Positions 19,010 to 29,068 of a DNA stretch of 64,000 bases are shown piece after piece; position 1 is the stretch's first letter; each line of letters begins with the position of its first letter. The stretch covers positions 1-64,000 of the IMG/VR virus record IMGVR_UViG_3300028591_000098; one strand, given 5' to 3'. Position numbers and translations under genes: made by a program. The notes beneath the pieces were generated by a model, which saw nothing but the letters and a program-made list of their open reading frames with translations, did no database searches and was not told the DNA's origin. The stretch is from a virus (taxonomy: Duplodnaviria; Caudoviricetes).

Positions 19010-20326
19010 ATGGAATCAAATATAGATAAATTTAAACGTATAATAGATTTAAAATTAGAGATACTTAATAAATCTAAGGAATTAAAGAAAGATTCTTATC
19101 AATCTAAATATAGAAAATTAACTGGATTGTTAGTTAATGAAAATATATTTAATAATGATATATCAGATAATTTATTAAATTGGTTATTCTGGCATATTCC
19201 TGGAGGAAATAAAATGAATGACAATAATAAAGAATCGGCATCATTAAGATTATCTATAACTAAAGCATCTAATAATAATCCATTATATATAGATGATAGA
19301 AAATTTAATAAATATGATATTATTAGAGCAAAAACTCATACAAATGAAGAATTGACAGACGACAATAAATATCTTGATGTAAATAATGATGGTGTTATAA
19401 CAGAAGAAGATATTGAAATGTTAAGAAATGCTCTTTGGCAAGATTCAAAATATAAGAATATATCATTTAGACCTGGATTATCTAAAACAACTAATAAGAT
19501 TGAAGAATTTGTGTATATTGAATTAAAAACAACATCAACTGAATATACATTAATAATAAATGATGTTAAATTAGATAATTCTAAAATTTTATGTTTACCT
19601 GATGATGTATTATCTTATAAAGTAATATCAGGTAATTATATAGAAGAAGGTGAAATTAATGTTAATGAAATTGATGATAATGATAATAATATTATAGTTA
19701 TTGAAATAAAACAAGATATTGCTAGTGATACCAAAAAAATTACAGATGTTTTATTAAACTCAGGTGAAAAGGTATTACAAGAAGATATTACTATAACAAG
19801 AGTAGCAGGAGGTTTGTTCCAAAATAACGATACTATAATAAATTTAAATGGTCATAAAATAACATCAAATAGTAGTTCTAGTGCAACTATATTTGTTAGA
19901 GGTACTGCAAAATATACAATTGATGGAGAAGGAACTATTGAAGATTTATCTACACAAGGACAAGGTGTAATATGGACAACAACTAAAGATTCAAAAGTTA
20001 TAATAAATAATGGTGAATTTATTGCACATACCCCTGCAGGACAATGTATTTATTGTCAAATTGGTACTATAGAAATAAATGGTGGTGTATTTAAAGGTGA
20101 AGTGGCATCTACAACAAATGATCATAGATATTTATTAAACTGTCTTGATGCTAATTATAAAAATGGTACTGCAAAAATAATTGTTTCTGGTGGTACATTC
20201 TATGGATTTGATCCAGGTAATAATGCAGCAGAAGGTCCTAATACATCATTCTTAAAAGAAGGATATATATCACAAGAAATAGGAGAAGAAAATGGAATAA
20301 AAATATATCAAGTAATTAAAGAATAA
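19010..20326 (+). CDS. Putative virion protein with EF-hand/dockerin-like loop and C-terminal beta-helix-like region
   Basis: DVNNDGVITEEDI; INLNGHKIT, IINNGEF, INGGVF, VSGGTFYGFDP. Confidence 0.55.
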   Translation: MESNIDKFKRIIDLKLEILNKSKELKKDSYQSKYRKLTGLLVNENIFNNDISDNLLNWLFWHIPGGNKMNDNNKESASLRLSITKASNNNPLYIDDRKFNKYDIIRAKTHTNEELTDDNKYLDVNNDGVITEEDIEMLRNALWQDSKYKNISFRPGLSKTTNKIEEFVYIELKTTSTEYTLIINDVKLDNSKILCLPDDVLSYKVISGNYIEEGEINVNEIDDNDNNIIVIEIKQDIASDTKKITDVLLNSGEKVLQEDITITRVAGGLFQNNDTIINLNGHKITSNSSSSATIFVRGTAKYTIDGEGTIEDLSTQGQGVIWTTTKDSKVIINNGEFIAHTPAGQCIYCQIGTIEINGGVFKGEVASTTNDHRYLLNCLDANYKNGTAKIIVSGGTFYGFDPGNNAAEGPNTSFLKEGYISQEIGEENGIKIYQVIKE

Positions 20327-20517
20327 TGAAAACAATAAAAGAAATAATTAGCGAAGGTTCAAATAATGATAAAATCTTAGATGCATTTGAAGAAATTAAA
20401 GATGCTTTAGGTGCAGATGAATTTTTAGATGAATTGTATAGAGCAATGTCTGAAGATAATTTAAAAGATTATCTCGAATATATTGCAAAAAATCATGAAA
20501 TAAAAATTAACATTTAA
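20326..20517 (+). CDS. Tagged small protein
   Basis: Starts MKTIKEIISE. Confidence 0.65.
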   Translation: MKTIKEIISEGSNNDKILDAFEEIKDALGADEFLDELYRAMSEDNLKDYLEYIAKNHEIKINI

Positions 20518-21260
20518 TGAGAAATTTGAAAGACTTTATATTAGAATATAAAGAAAGACATAATAATTCTTTTGATTATGAAGGAATAAAAAATGTGATA
20601 CAAAATTGTAAACCTTCATTTTTTGGAAAAAATGTTTGTTTAGATATTTTGTGGAGGCCTGAGATAATATTTTCAAAGGAAAATGGATGGGAACAAAATA
20701 AAAAAACTAAATTATATAAATATAATGGAATAATTTTAAGTGAATCTCCAGTTATGTTTATTGATTTTTATGCAGAGAAAAAAATATTTAAAAAAGATAT
20801 TATTGAAGGTTATATAAGTTGGATATTACCAAATAAAATAAATAATGATGATACTAATTGTGATGAATTAGAAAAATTCTTAAAATCAAAAGCTAATGAT
20901 AAAAATAAAGAAAGAATAAAATTCACATCATATGAAGAACTTGAAAAATATCTTAAAGAAATAGAAGACATTATTAATAAACATAATACAAAATGTGATA
21001 ATAATGAACCAACTTATTTATTTTTTGATAAAAGCGAAGCAACATTAAATGCTCAATTTAAAAAACATCAATATGAATTAATAAGTTGTGATGAAAAAAT
21101 ATCAAGTTTAAATAAAGAATTAGAAGATATCAAAAAGGCGGCAGAAGGTTCGGATGTAGATTTAACACCCCTTATAGATATAACCATTGAAAAAATTGAA
21201 TATTTTAAAAACTCAAAGAAAATTTTAGAAGATGAAAAACTTACAAGATATAATACATGA
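20517..21260 (+). CDS. Tagged hypothetical protein
   Basis: Starts MRNLKDFILE. Confidence 0.65.
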   Translation: MRNLKDFILEYKERHNNSFDYEGIKNVIQNCKPSFFGKNVCLDILWRPEIIFSKENGWEQNKKTKLYKYNGIILSESPVMFIDFYAEKKIFKKDIIEGYISWILPNKINNDDTNCDELEKFLKSKANDKNKERIKFTSYEELEKYLKEIEDIINKHNTKCDNNEPTYLFFDKSEATLNAQFKKHQYELISCDEKISSLNKELEDIKKAAEGSDVDLTPLIDITIEKIEYFKNSKKILEDEKLTRYNT

Positions 21261-21690
21261 GAAACTTCAGATTGGTAGTAAAACAAAAGTTAGTTCATAT
21301 AAATATCATCCTAAAAATAGAAAAGAATTAATTGAAGTAATTAATCCAATTTTAAAAGAAAATGGATTTGAATGTGATTTAAATAATATAGATACATCAC
21401 AAATTACGGATATGCATGATTTATTTATAAATTGTCAATTTAATGGTAATATATCTGATTGGGATGTTTCTAATGTAAAGGATATGTCTTGGATGTTTCA
21501 TGGTGCGGGATTTAATGGAGATATATCTAATTGGGATGTTAGTAATGTTGAAGATATGTCAGAAATGTTTGAATTTAGTGAATTTAATCAAAATATAGAT
21601 AATTGGAAAGTATCAAAAGAAACATTAATGAGAGATATGTTTAGTGATTGTCCTTTAGAAAAAAATCCCCCTAAATGGTATAAAAACTAA
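21232..21690 (+). CDS. DUF285/BspA-type repeat protein, paralogue 2
   Basis: MKNLQDIIHEKLQIGSK; FNGNISDWDVSNVKDMSWMF repeats; ends PLEKNPPKWY. Confidence 0.85.
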   Translation: MKNLQDIIHEKLQIGSKTKVSSYKYHPKNRKELIEVINPILKENGFECDLNNIDTSQITDMHDLFINCQFNGNISDWDVSNVKDMSWMFHGAGFNGDISNWDVSNVEDMSEMFEFSEFNQNIDNWKVSKETLMRDMFSDCPLEKNPPKWYKN

Positions 21691-21738
21691 AGTTTTAAAA
21701 TTGCATATAAAAACTAAAGTTTTAAAATTGCATATAAA
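21679..21738. repeat. 27-bp tandem duplication
   Basis: tataaaaactaaagttttaaaattgca x2 plus tataaa. Confidence 0.9.
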
Positions 21739-21759
21739 GAATAAAATTATTATTAATAT

Positions 21760-22098
21760 ATGAAGACAATTAATGAAATAATTAATGAAGCAAAAGCTGG
21801 TCCTTTAAAGAAACTTGATATGTTAACTATTATGGTTGCTTATCAAATGTGGAAAGAATACAAACTTTATGATGAATTCTTCGGAAAATTAAATGAAGAA
21901 GAATTAGAAGATTATGAAAATTTAAACAAACAATTAGAAAAAATTGATGATGATAATTCAAGAGTTCAGTGGTCATTTCTTAAACAATATTTTGATATAA
22001 TTTCAAAAATTTGTGATTATGTATTAAGTTGTCCTGATGATGAGTTTTCAAAATCCGATAAATGTATTTGGAAAGAAATAAAAACACATGTAGAATAA
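21760..22098 (+). CDS. Tagged hypothetical protein
   Basis: Starts MKTINEIINE. Confidence 0.65.
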   Translation: MKTINEIINEAKAGPLKKLDMLTIMVAYQMWKEYKLYDEFFGKLNEEELEDYENLNKQLEKIDDDNSRVQWSFLKQYFDIISKICDYVLSCPDDEFSKSDKCIWKEIKTHVE

Positions 22099-22301
22099 TG
22101 AAAGATTTAAAAACATATTTAGAAGATTTATTTACGACACCTGCAAATACAATGGGTATGGGTAATATAACAATGCCTACTGAACCTAATGTACAAGGTG
22201 GAAGTGGTGATATGGGTCTTTGTTGTTTAGATATAAAGACTGGTAAAATGTATAAACGTAGAAAAAAATTTAGAAGATATAATATTAAAGGAGTACTTTA
22301 G
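22098..22301 (+). CDS. Small protein with tag variant
   Basis: TAATG-coupled start gives MKDLKTYLE; TPANTMGMG. Confidence 0.55.
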   Translation: MKDLKTYLEDLFTTPANTMGMGNITMPTEPNVQGGSGDMGLCCLDIKTGKMYKRRKKFRRYNIKGVL

Positions 22302-22311
22302 AGTACTCCTT
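22288..22311 (+). terminator. Hairpin terminator
   Basis: aaggagtact-ttag-agtactcctt followed by T-rich tract. Confidence 0.7.
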
Positions 22312-22356
22312 ATTTAATTTATTTTTATATTATTAAATAAAATATTATATTTATAT

Positions 22357-22674
22357 ATGTTAACTTCTAAAAGAGGTTTTGTTTATTTGCTTTGTGATGG
22401 AGAGAAATTCAAAATAGGAATGACAAAACAAAAGGATATTAACAAGAGAATTAAAGAATTACAGACAGGTAATCCTAATGAAATATGGTTACATACTTAT
22501 TATGAAACTGATAATCCATTGAAAATTGAAAAACTAATGCATGGATTACATATATTAGGAAATGTTAAGAATGAATGGTTTGATTTGACACCTTCACAAG
22601 TTGTTAATTTCAAAAAGAATTGCGAACATTGTGAATCAGTTTTAAAATTTTTGGAAGAAAATCCATTTATATAA
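22357..22674 (+). CDS. T5orf172/GIY-YIG-like nuclease-family protein, copy A
   Basis: GFVYLL...FKIGMT...RIKELQTGNP...IEKLMH...NEWF. Confidence 0.85.
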   Translation: MLTSKRGFVYLLCDGEKFKIGMTKQKDINKRIKELQTGNPNEIWLHTYYETDNPLKIEKLMHGLHILGNVKNEWFDLTPSQVVNFKKNCEHCESVLKFLEENPFI

Positions 22675-22703
22675 TTATTTTTAAATAAAAATTAGTTTAA
22701 AAT

Positions 22704-25700
22704 ATGAAATATATCAAGTTATTTGATTCACTTTCTGCTCTTAATATATTTAAGCAAACAGATGATTTTATAGCTCCTAATGTTTCATTAGTTGAAAACG
22801 AAGATGAGGTTTATTATAATCCACTAATTATGATTAACCCATCGGTATCTATGAATGGATGGACATATGGAGAAACTGCTTCTAATCCAGTTATAAGCGG
22901 AAATACCGGTAATGGTATTGTAACTTATATGTATAAAGTTAGTACGGCTGATGATAGTACATATACGGCAATTAAACCAAGCGAAACTGGTACATATATA
23001 GTTAAAGCAACTATAATGGCTAAAGGACAATATAGTGCTGGACTTTGTACTACAACATTTACAATTTCTAAAGCTAGTATTAACCCATCTGTTTCTATGG
23101 GTAATTGGACATATGGAGGAACTGCTTCTAATCCAGTTGTAACTGGTAATACCGGTAATGCGTCGGTTACTTATATGTATAAAGTTAGTACAGCTGATGA
23201 TAACACATATACATCAACTAAACCAAGTGATGCAGGTACATATATAGTTCAAGCAAATATAGAAGCTAGTGAGCAATATAGTGGTGGATCTTGTACTACA
23301 ACATTTACAATTAATAAAGCTAGTATTAATCCATCTGTTTCTATAAGTGATTGGGCTTATGGTGATAATGCTTCAATACCAAGTGTAACTGGTAATACTG
23401 ATAATGGAAGCGTTACATATACTTATAGTTCAGACAATTCAACTTGGTCTTCTACTCAACCAACTGATGCTGGTTCATATTACATTAAAGCAACAATAGA
23501 TGCAACATCTAACTATAATGGGGCTTCATGTACTAATACATTTACAATTAGTAAGGTTACTCCTACTATTGTATCCCCAGTTCCTAATGTATTAACTTTT
23601 AATAAATCAGCACAAGAATTAGCAACTATTGGTTCAACTGATTTTGGAACATTAAAATATAGTTTAGATAATTCTAGTTGGTCAACAAGTATGCCAACCG
23701 GTACAAATGGTGGAACTTATACATTATATTATAAAGTTGATGGGGATGGCAATATTAATAATGTCGCAGCTAATAGTATAACATGTTCTATTGCAGAAAA
23801 ACGTGTTTCTAGTCCTACTATTATATTATCACAAGAATTATATACATATAATGGTAGTGCTTGTACACCAACTCCAACTGTTAAGGATGGAAATGATGTA
23901 ATTGACCCAATAGAATATAATGTTTCATACTTAAATAATACAAATGCTGGTACTGCAAGTATTGTAATTAGTGATATTGTTGATGGTAACTATTATATTG
24001 AAGGTGTACAAACATTTACTATTGATAAAGCAAATATTAATCCATCAGTAACTATAGAAGATTGGGATGAAGGAAATACTGCTTCTACCCCAATTGTAAG
24101 TGGTAATTCTGGTAATGGTAATGTAACTTATATGTATAAAGTTAATACTGCTGATGACAGTACATATACACCTACAATACCAAGTACAGAAGGTATATAT
24201 ACGATTAAAGCTACTATTGATGCTACTTCTAATTATAATGGTGCTTCATGTATATCAACTTTTGAAATAATACGCAGTAGTACTAATAATATAATTACTT
24301 ATTCTGCTCCTTCTAAATTATCTGAAACAACAGATACCTATTCTGGTGGTTTACATACAAATGCATTTAATACATCAATTAAATCTCATACATTTAAATA
24401 TGGTGCTGGTACAATTGAATTTAATGATGATGTGACATATATTGGTCAGTATGCATTCTATAAATGTTTCGGACTTACAAACATAACAATACCTGATTCA
24501 GTAACATCAATAGGTGATCATGCATTCTATAATTGTTCCGGACTTACAAACATAACAATACCTGATTCAGTAACATCAATAGGTGATCATGCATTCTATA
24601 ATTGTCCCGAACTTACAAACATAACAATACCTGATTCAGTAACATCAATCGGTAATGAAGCATTCAATGGTTGTTATGGGCTTACAAGTGTAACCATACC
24701 CAATTTAGTAACAGAAATTGGTCAAAGTACATTCCAGGGTTGTTCCGGTCTTACAAGTGTAACAATTGGTAATGGTGTAACTTCAATAGGTAATTATGCA
24801 TTCAATGGTTGTTCCGGTCTTACAAGTGTAACAATTGGTAATGGTGTAACTTCAATAGGTAATTATGCATTCAAGGATTGTACCAGAATTACAAACATAA
24901 CAATACCTGATTCAGTAACATCAATTGGTGGTAGTGCATTTGCCTATTGTACTGGAATTACAAGTGTAACAATTGGTAATGGTGTAACTTCAATTGGTGA
25001 TAGTGCATTCTATGATTGTTCATCACTTACTTCTGTAACACTTAATAATTCAATTGTTTCGAAAACATATGCAAGTTCATCAAATATTAAAAATATATTT
25101 GGTGCACAAGTAACGGAATATACAATAGGAAATAATGTAACATCAATAGGTGATTTTGCATTCTATAATTGTTCAAATCTTACATCTATTATAATAGGTA
25201 ATGGATTAGCTTCAATTGGTAAAGCTGCATTCCAAAGTTGTAGTAAATTAGAATATATTAATATAAGTAGAAGTTCTGCTCCTACAATATATAGTAATAC
25301 ATTCAAATATGTTAAGTCAAGTGGTATATTAGTAGTTCCTTCTTCTAATTCTGGTTATGATACATGGATGAATTCTTCATCAGATTATTTAGGATATTAT
25401 CGTTGGGAAAAATTTATAAATAATGGCAATATAGGTAATCAAGAATTAACTGGATTATATTGGAGTAAAAGTTCATTAAGTGTAACTTCTAGTTATTATA
25501 CATTACCAACATTAACTAAACCTTCTGGAATTACTGTTACTTATTCTTCTTCAAATACAGAAGTTGCAACTGTTAATTCATCTACTGGTACAGTTACTAT
25601 TAGAAGTACTTCTTCTTCAGATCATGATGGAACTACATATATTTCTGCATTATTTAGTGGTAATAGTACATATAGACCAAAGAAAGTTGAATATGAATTA

Positions 25701-25760
25701 AATGTAGATTTATATACTCCACCTACTTCTGGTGGTGGTAGTTATGGTGGTGGTGAATAA
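22704..25760 (+). CDS. Large adhesin-like protein: tandem Ig-like repeats + LRR_5 (BspA) + Big_2-like domain
   Basis: Repeats INPSVSMxxWTYGxTASNPV...GTYIVKA; 23-aa LRRs LTNITIPDSVTSIGxxAFxxC; VTYSSSNTEVATV. Confidence 0.85.
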   Translation: MKYIKLFDSLSALNIFKQTDDFIAPNVSLVENEDEVYYNPLIMINPSVSMNGWTYGETASNPVISGNTGNGIVTYMYKVSTADDSTYTAIKPSETGTYIVKATIMAKGQYSAGLCTTTFTISKASINPSVSMGNWTYGGTASNPVVTGNTGNASVTYMYKVSTADDNTYTSTKPSDAGTYIVQANIEASEQYSGGSCTTTFTINKASINPSVSISDWAYGDNASIPSVTGNTDNGSVTYTYSSDNSTWSSTQPTDAGSYYIKATIDATSNYNGASCTNTFTISKVTPTIVSPVPNVLTFNKSAQELATIGSTDFGTLKYSLDNSSWSTSMPTGTNGGTYTLYYKVDGDGNINNVAANSITCSIAEKRVSSPTIILSQELYTYNGSACTPTPTVKDGNDVIDPIEYNVSYLNNTNAGTASIVISDIVDGNYYIEGVQTFTIDKANINPSVTIEDWDEGNTASTPIVSGNSGNGNVTYMYKVNTADDSTYTPTIPSTEGIYTIKATIDATSNYNGASCISTFEIIRSSTNNIITYSAPSKLSETTDTYSGGLHTNAFNTSIKSHTFKYGAGTIEFNDDVTYIGQYAFYKCFGLTNITIPDSVTSIGDHAFYNCSGLTNITIPDSVTSIGDHAFYNCPELTNITIPDSVTSIGNEAFNGCYGLTSVTIPNLVTEIGQSTFQGCSGLTSVTIGNGVTSIGNYAFNGCSGLTSVTIGNGVTSIGNYAFKDCTRITNITIPDSVTSIGGSAFAYCTGITSVTIGNGVTSIGDSAFYDCSSLTSVTLNNSIVSKTYASSSNIKNIFGAQVTEYTIGNNVTSIGDFAFYNCSNLTSIIIGNGLASIGKAAFQSCSKLEYINISRSSAPTIYSNTFKYVKSSGILVVPSSNSGYDTWMNSSSDYLGYYRWEKFINNGNIGNQELTGLYWSKSSLSVTSSYYTLPTLTKPSGITVTYSSSNTEVATVNSSTGTVTIRSTSSSDHDGTTYISALFSGNSTYRPKKVEYELNVDLYTPPTSGGGSYGGGE

Positions 25761-25791
25761 TGATTATAAATATTAAAACATCATAAATACT

Positions 25792-26553
25792 ATGAATATT
25801 ATAAATAATGGTAATCAAATAAATATTGTGCATTTTCCTGGTGATTCATTTCAAGATTTTCAAAAAACAATAAAATATATGTTAAGCTCAACAAATATCA
25901 ATTATATTAATGATGATGAATTAACAATATTATCTTGTTGGACTGATGAAAATAAATGCATTTTGTATCAACAATTAAAAAAACAAGGAATAAAATTATA
26001 TAATTGTTTGCCAGATAATTATGATAAAAATCAATCATGGTATATGCCAAATAAAATTATTTTCATATTAGATTATTTAAAAACAAAAATAACAACTGAT
26101 ATAGTTTTAATTTTAGATGGATATGATGTTTTAATATTAAATACCGATACTATTTTAGAAAAATTTAAAAATCAAAAATATAGAATATTATTTAATGGCA
26201 CTGTTGGTAAATATCCATTAGAAGATATTGAATATATTGAAAATAGAGATGCATTAGGTTATAAAAAATATTTTAATGCCGGTTGTTGTATAGGATATAA
26301 AGAAGATTTGATTAAATTTTATGAAGAATGTTTAACTTATATTAATATTGATAACCCATTAAATAGCGAACAAAAAATTATTAGAACCGCATTTTCTAAA
26401 TATTCAAATGATAAAACACAAAATTTTGTATATTTTGAATATCAACCTAATATATTTTTAACAATGTCTTGTATAGAATTAAAATTTAAAAAAGGTTGTG
26501 GATGTACTTGGGAAGCCATTGATGTAGAAATTGATAATAAAAATATTAAATAA
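25792..26553 (+). CDS. PLOD-like (GT-A) glycosyltransferase
   Basis: IVLILDGYDV, ILFNG, YFNAGCCIGY, SEQ pattern of the procollagen-lysine hydroxylase GT domain. Confidence 0.6.
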   Translation: MNIINNGNQINIVHFPGDSFQDFQKTIKYMLSSTNINYINDDELTILSCWTDENKCILYQQLKKQGIKLYNCLPDNYDKNQSWYMPNKIIFILDYLKTKITTDIVLILDGYDVLILNTDTILEKFKNQKYRILFNGTVGKYPLEDIEYIENRDALGYKKYFNAGCCIGYKEDLIKFYEECLTYINIDNPLNSEQKIIRTAFSKYSNDKTQNFVYFEYQPNIFLTMSCIELKFKKGCGCTWEAIDVEIDNKNIK

Positions 26554-26559
26554 ATAATT

Positions 26560-27600
26560 ATGGATAAAACAAAAACATATATTTATTATATAGATGATAC
26601 TGTTGATGAATTAGATATTCAAGGAGAACTTTCATGGACACATATAGGTAAAAAATATAAAAAATTAGCACAACGTCCAGAAAAATGGAAACAAGAATAT
26701 CCATTATTAGAAAAAGTTATTAAAAAAATAGTTATAGGAACTAATGTAACATCAATTGATAATTATACATTTGAAGCTTGCTTTGGGTTAGAAGAAATTG
26801 AAATACCTAATACTGTTACTTCAATAGGTGCTCGAGCATTTGCTTATTTGGATTCATTAAGAGAAATTGAAATACCTGACTCAGTAACGACAATTGGTAA
26901 AAAAGCATTTTTAGTTAATGAAGATATGGTTTTTTTTAAAGGTAAAAGAAGTATATTAGAACATGTTAAATTATCTAAAAATTTAGAAGAAGTAGGTGAA
27001 TTAATGTTTTATCAATGTAAAATGTTAAAAGAAATAGAAATACCAAGTTCAGTAAGAACTATTAAATCTAATGCATTTAGAGATTGTGTAGATTTACAAT
27101 CAGTAACAATTCAAAATGGTGTAACATCTATTGAAGAAATGGCTTTTCAAGATTGTTTAAATTTAACTAATATTATATTACCTAATTCTTTAACATATCT
27201 TGGAGAAAATGTATTTCGTGGTTGTATTAGTTTAGAATCTATACAATTACCTACTTCATTAAACAACATAGAAATTGGTACATTTAGTTATTGTGATAAT
27301 TTAACATCTATTAATATACCTAATTCAATTACTTCAATTAAACCTATTGCATTTGCTGAATGTAATAATTTAAAATCAGTTACTATAGGAAATTCAATTA
27401 CTGAAATTCTTGATGAAGCATTTGTAAATTGTGGCGAATTAGATTCTATTAATATATCAGCTAATGAAGCACCCTTAATTAAAGACAATACATTTAATAA
27501 TATTGCAGAAAATGGTATACTTAATATTCCTCAAGAAAGTACTGGATATGATGAATGGTTAAACAAATTACCATCTGGTTGGACAATTAATAGAAAATAA
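26560..27600 (+). CDS. LRR_5 (BspA-like) protein
   Basis: Repeats LEEIEIPNTVTSIGARAF etc. Confidence 0.85.
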   Translation: MDKTKTYIYYIDDTVDELDIQGELSWTHIGKKYKKLAQRPEKWKQEYPLLEKVIKKIVIGTNVTSIDNYTFEACFGLEEIEIPNTVTSIGARAFAYLDSLREIEIPDSVTTIGKKAFLVNEDMVFFKGKRSILEHVKLSKNLEEVGELMFYQCKMLKEIEIPSSVRTIKSNAFRDCVDLQSVTIQNGVTSIEEMAFQDCLNLTNIILPNSLTYLGENVFRGCISLESIQLPTSLNNIEIGTFSYCDNLTSINIPNSITSIKPIAFAECNNLKSVTIGNSITEILDEAFVNCGELDSINISANEAPLIKDNTFNNIAENGILNIPQESTGYDEWLNKLPSGWTINRK

Positions 27601-27602
27601 AT

Positions 27603-28037
27603 ATGGATATAATTAATGCATTTAATAGGGCATATATAAAATTTGAAAATAATACTTTAAATGTTATTTATATATTAATAGATATACATGGTACAGTATT
27701 TCCGCCTTTAAAAGACAATAAAGAAGATTTTACATTTTATCCTTATGCAAAAGAAGTGCTAAAATTATTTACAAACATTAATTATATTAAAATTATTCTT
27801 TGGACCGGTTCATCATATGAAGTAATTAATAAAATGATTAATATATTTAATGAAAATGATATTATATTTAATTTTATTAATGAAAATCCAGATATTATCA
27901 AACCTGATAAAACTAATTATTTAAATTTACCTAAAAAATTTTATTTTAGTATTGGCATAGATGATAGATTTGGTTTTAACCCAGAAACTGATTGGAAAAG
28001 AATATATGAATATTTAATAAATAAAGGTGGTATCTAG
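27603..28037 (+). CDS. HAD-superfamily protein
   Basis: ILIDIHGTV, ILWTGS, INENP, IDDRFGF. Confidence 0.7.
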   Translation: MDIINAFNRAYIKFENNTLNVIYILIDIHGTVFPPLKDNKEDFTFYPYAKEVLKLFTNINYIKIILWTGSSYEVINKMINIFNENDIIFNFINENPDIIKPDKTNYLNLPKKFYFSIGIDDRFGFNPETDWKRIYEYLINKGGI

Positions 28038-28048
28038 ATACCACCTTT
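28023..28048. terminator. Perfect 26-bp palindrome, bidirectional terminator
   Basis: aaaggtggtatct|agataccaccttt between convergent genes. Confidence 0.75.
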
Positions 28049-29022
28049 TATATTTTTACATTCCAACATTTTATTATTTCTTCACATTCATTAACAGTTT
28101 TTTCGTCAAATGTAAATAAATTTCTTCTAAATGTCTTATAAGGTAATAAATGTAAATTATCAGGTTTACATAATAAATAATTCATCGTAGTTTTAAGTTG
28201 AGTTACATGATCACCTTTTATTTGTAAATATTCTTTATCATAATATGGTACTAAATCATTTACTATTCTTGTAATTCTCCTATTACCTATATAATTTCTA
28301 AAATCATATAAATCTGTAAAATGATTAACACTTATATTGCACATACCAGATAATATTATTTTATTATCTTTAATAGGTGAACTTTTTTCTGATGTATATT
28401 CTTTACAAGGTAATTTCTTAATTACTTCTAATGCTTCTGGAAGTTCATTCGGATCATTCTTTGTATAAATATAATATTTCTTTCCAGTATTTCTCCAAAA
28501 ATAAGTTAATGTCCTAGTATCTATTCCACCACTTATTTCCATTATTAAATCTTCTGGGTCTAAACTTCCTATATATGTTTTATATTTATTTACCCAATTT
28601 TGTACTATAGTTCCACATTCTCTAATTGGAATATATAATAATTTAGAAAAACAATAATTAACATCAAAATGATCTTTATATAATTCTAAAGTACTAAAAA
28701 ATTTATCTTCACAAGTAATTTCGGGATATTTATTATAAAATTTAATAATTGTTATTTTGTTTGATTCAACATATCGTTTATCAATAATGCCTTTAATCAG
28801 ATTATGTTCAATCAAATAATCTGCTAATGTTTGTTCATCAAAACTTAACCAATATCTATTACCATATTTGTAATAGAAAAAATTAGTAGAATAAGTATGA
28901 TTAAACTTTATTATTACTTTATCATTTTCTTTATTAACAGAAAAATTAAACCCATTAATATTTTCTATTTGATCAAAATTATCTGAACTAAAAATAATTT
29001 TATGGTAAGAATATTTACTCAT
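28048..29022 (-). CDS. Asparagine-synthase-like / PP-loop protein
   Basis: MEISGGIDTR PP-loop; ILSG; VPYYDKE. Confidence 0.5.
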   Translation of the reverse strand: MSKYSYHKIIFSSDNFDQIENINGFNFSVNKENDKVIIKFNHTYSTNFFYYKYGNRYWLSFDEQTLADYLIEHNLIKGIIDKRYVESNKITIIKFYNKYPEITCEDKFFSTLELYKDHFDVNYCFSKLLYIPIRECGTIVQNWVNKYKTYIGSLDPEDLIMEISGGIDTRTLTYFWRNTGKKYYIYTKNDPNELPEALEVIKKLPCKEYTSEKSSPIKDNKIILSGMCNISVNHFTDLYDFRNYIGNRRITRIVNDLVPYYDKEYLQIKGDHVTQLKTTMNYLLCKPDNLHLLPYKTFRRNLFTFDEKTVNECEEIIKCWNVKI

Positions 29023-29068
29023 ATAACTATAATATATATATTTTTAATTAAATAAAAATAAATATTAC

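Noticed and set aside
21679-24880. CRISPR array
   Set aside because: Repeats are tandem without spacers or are coding LRR units; no cas genes
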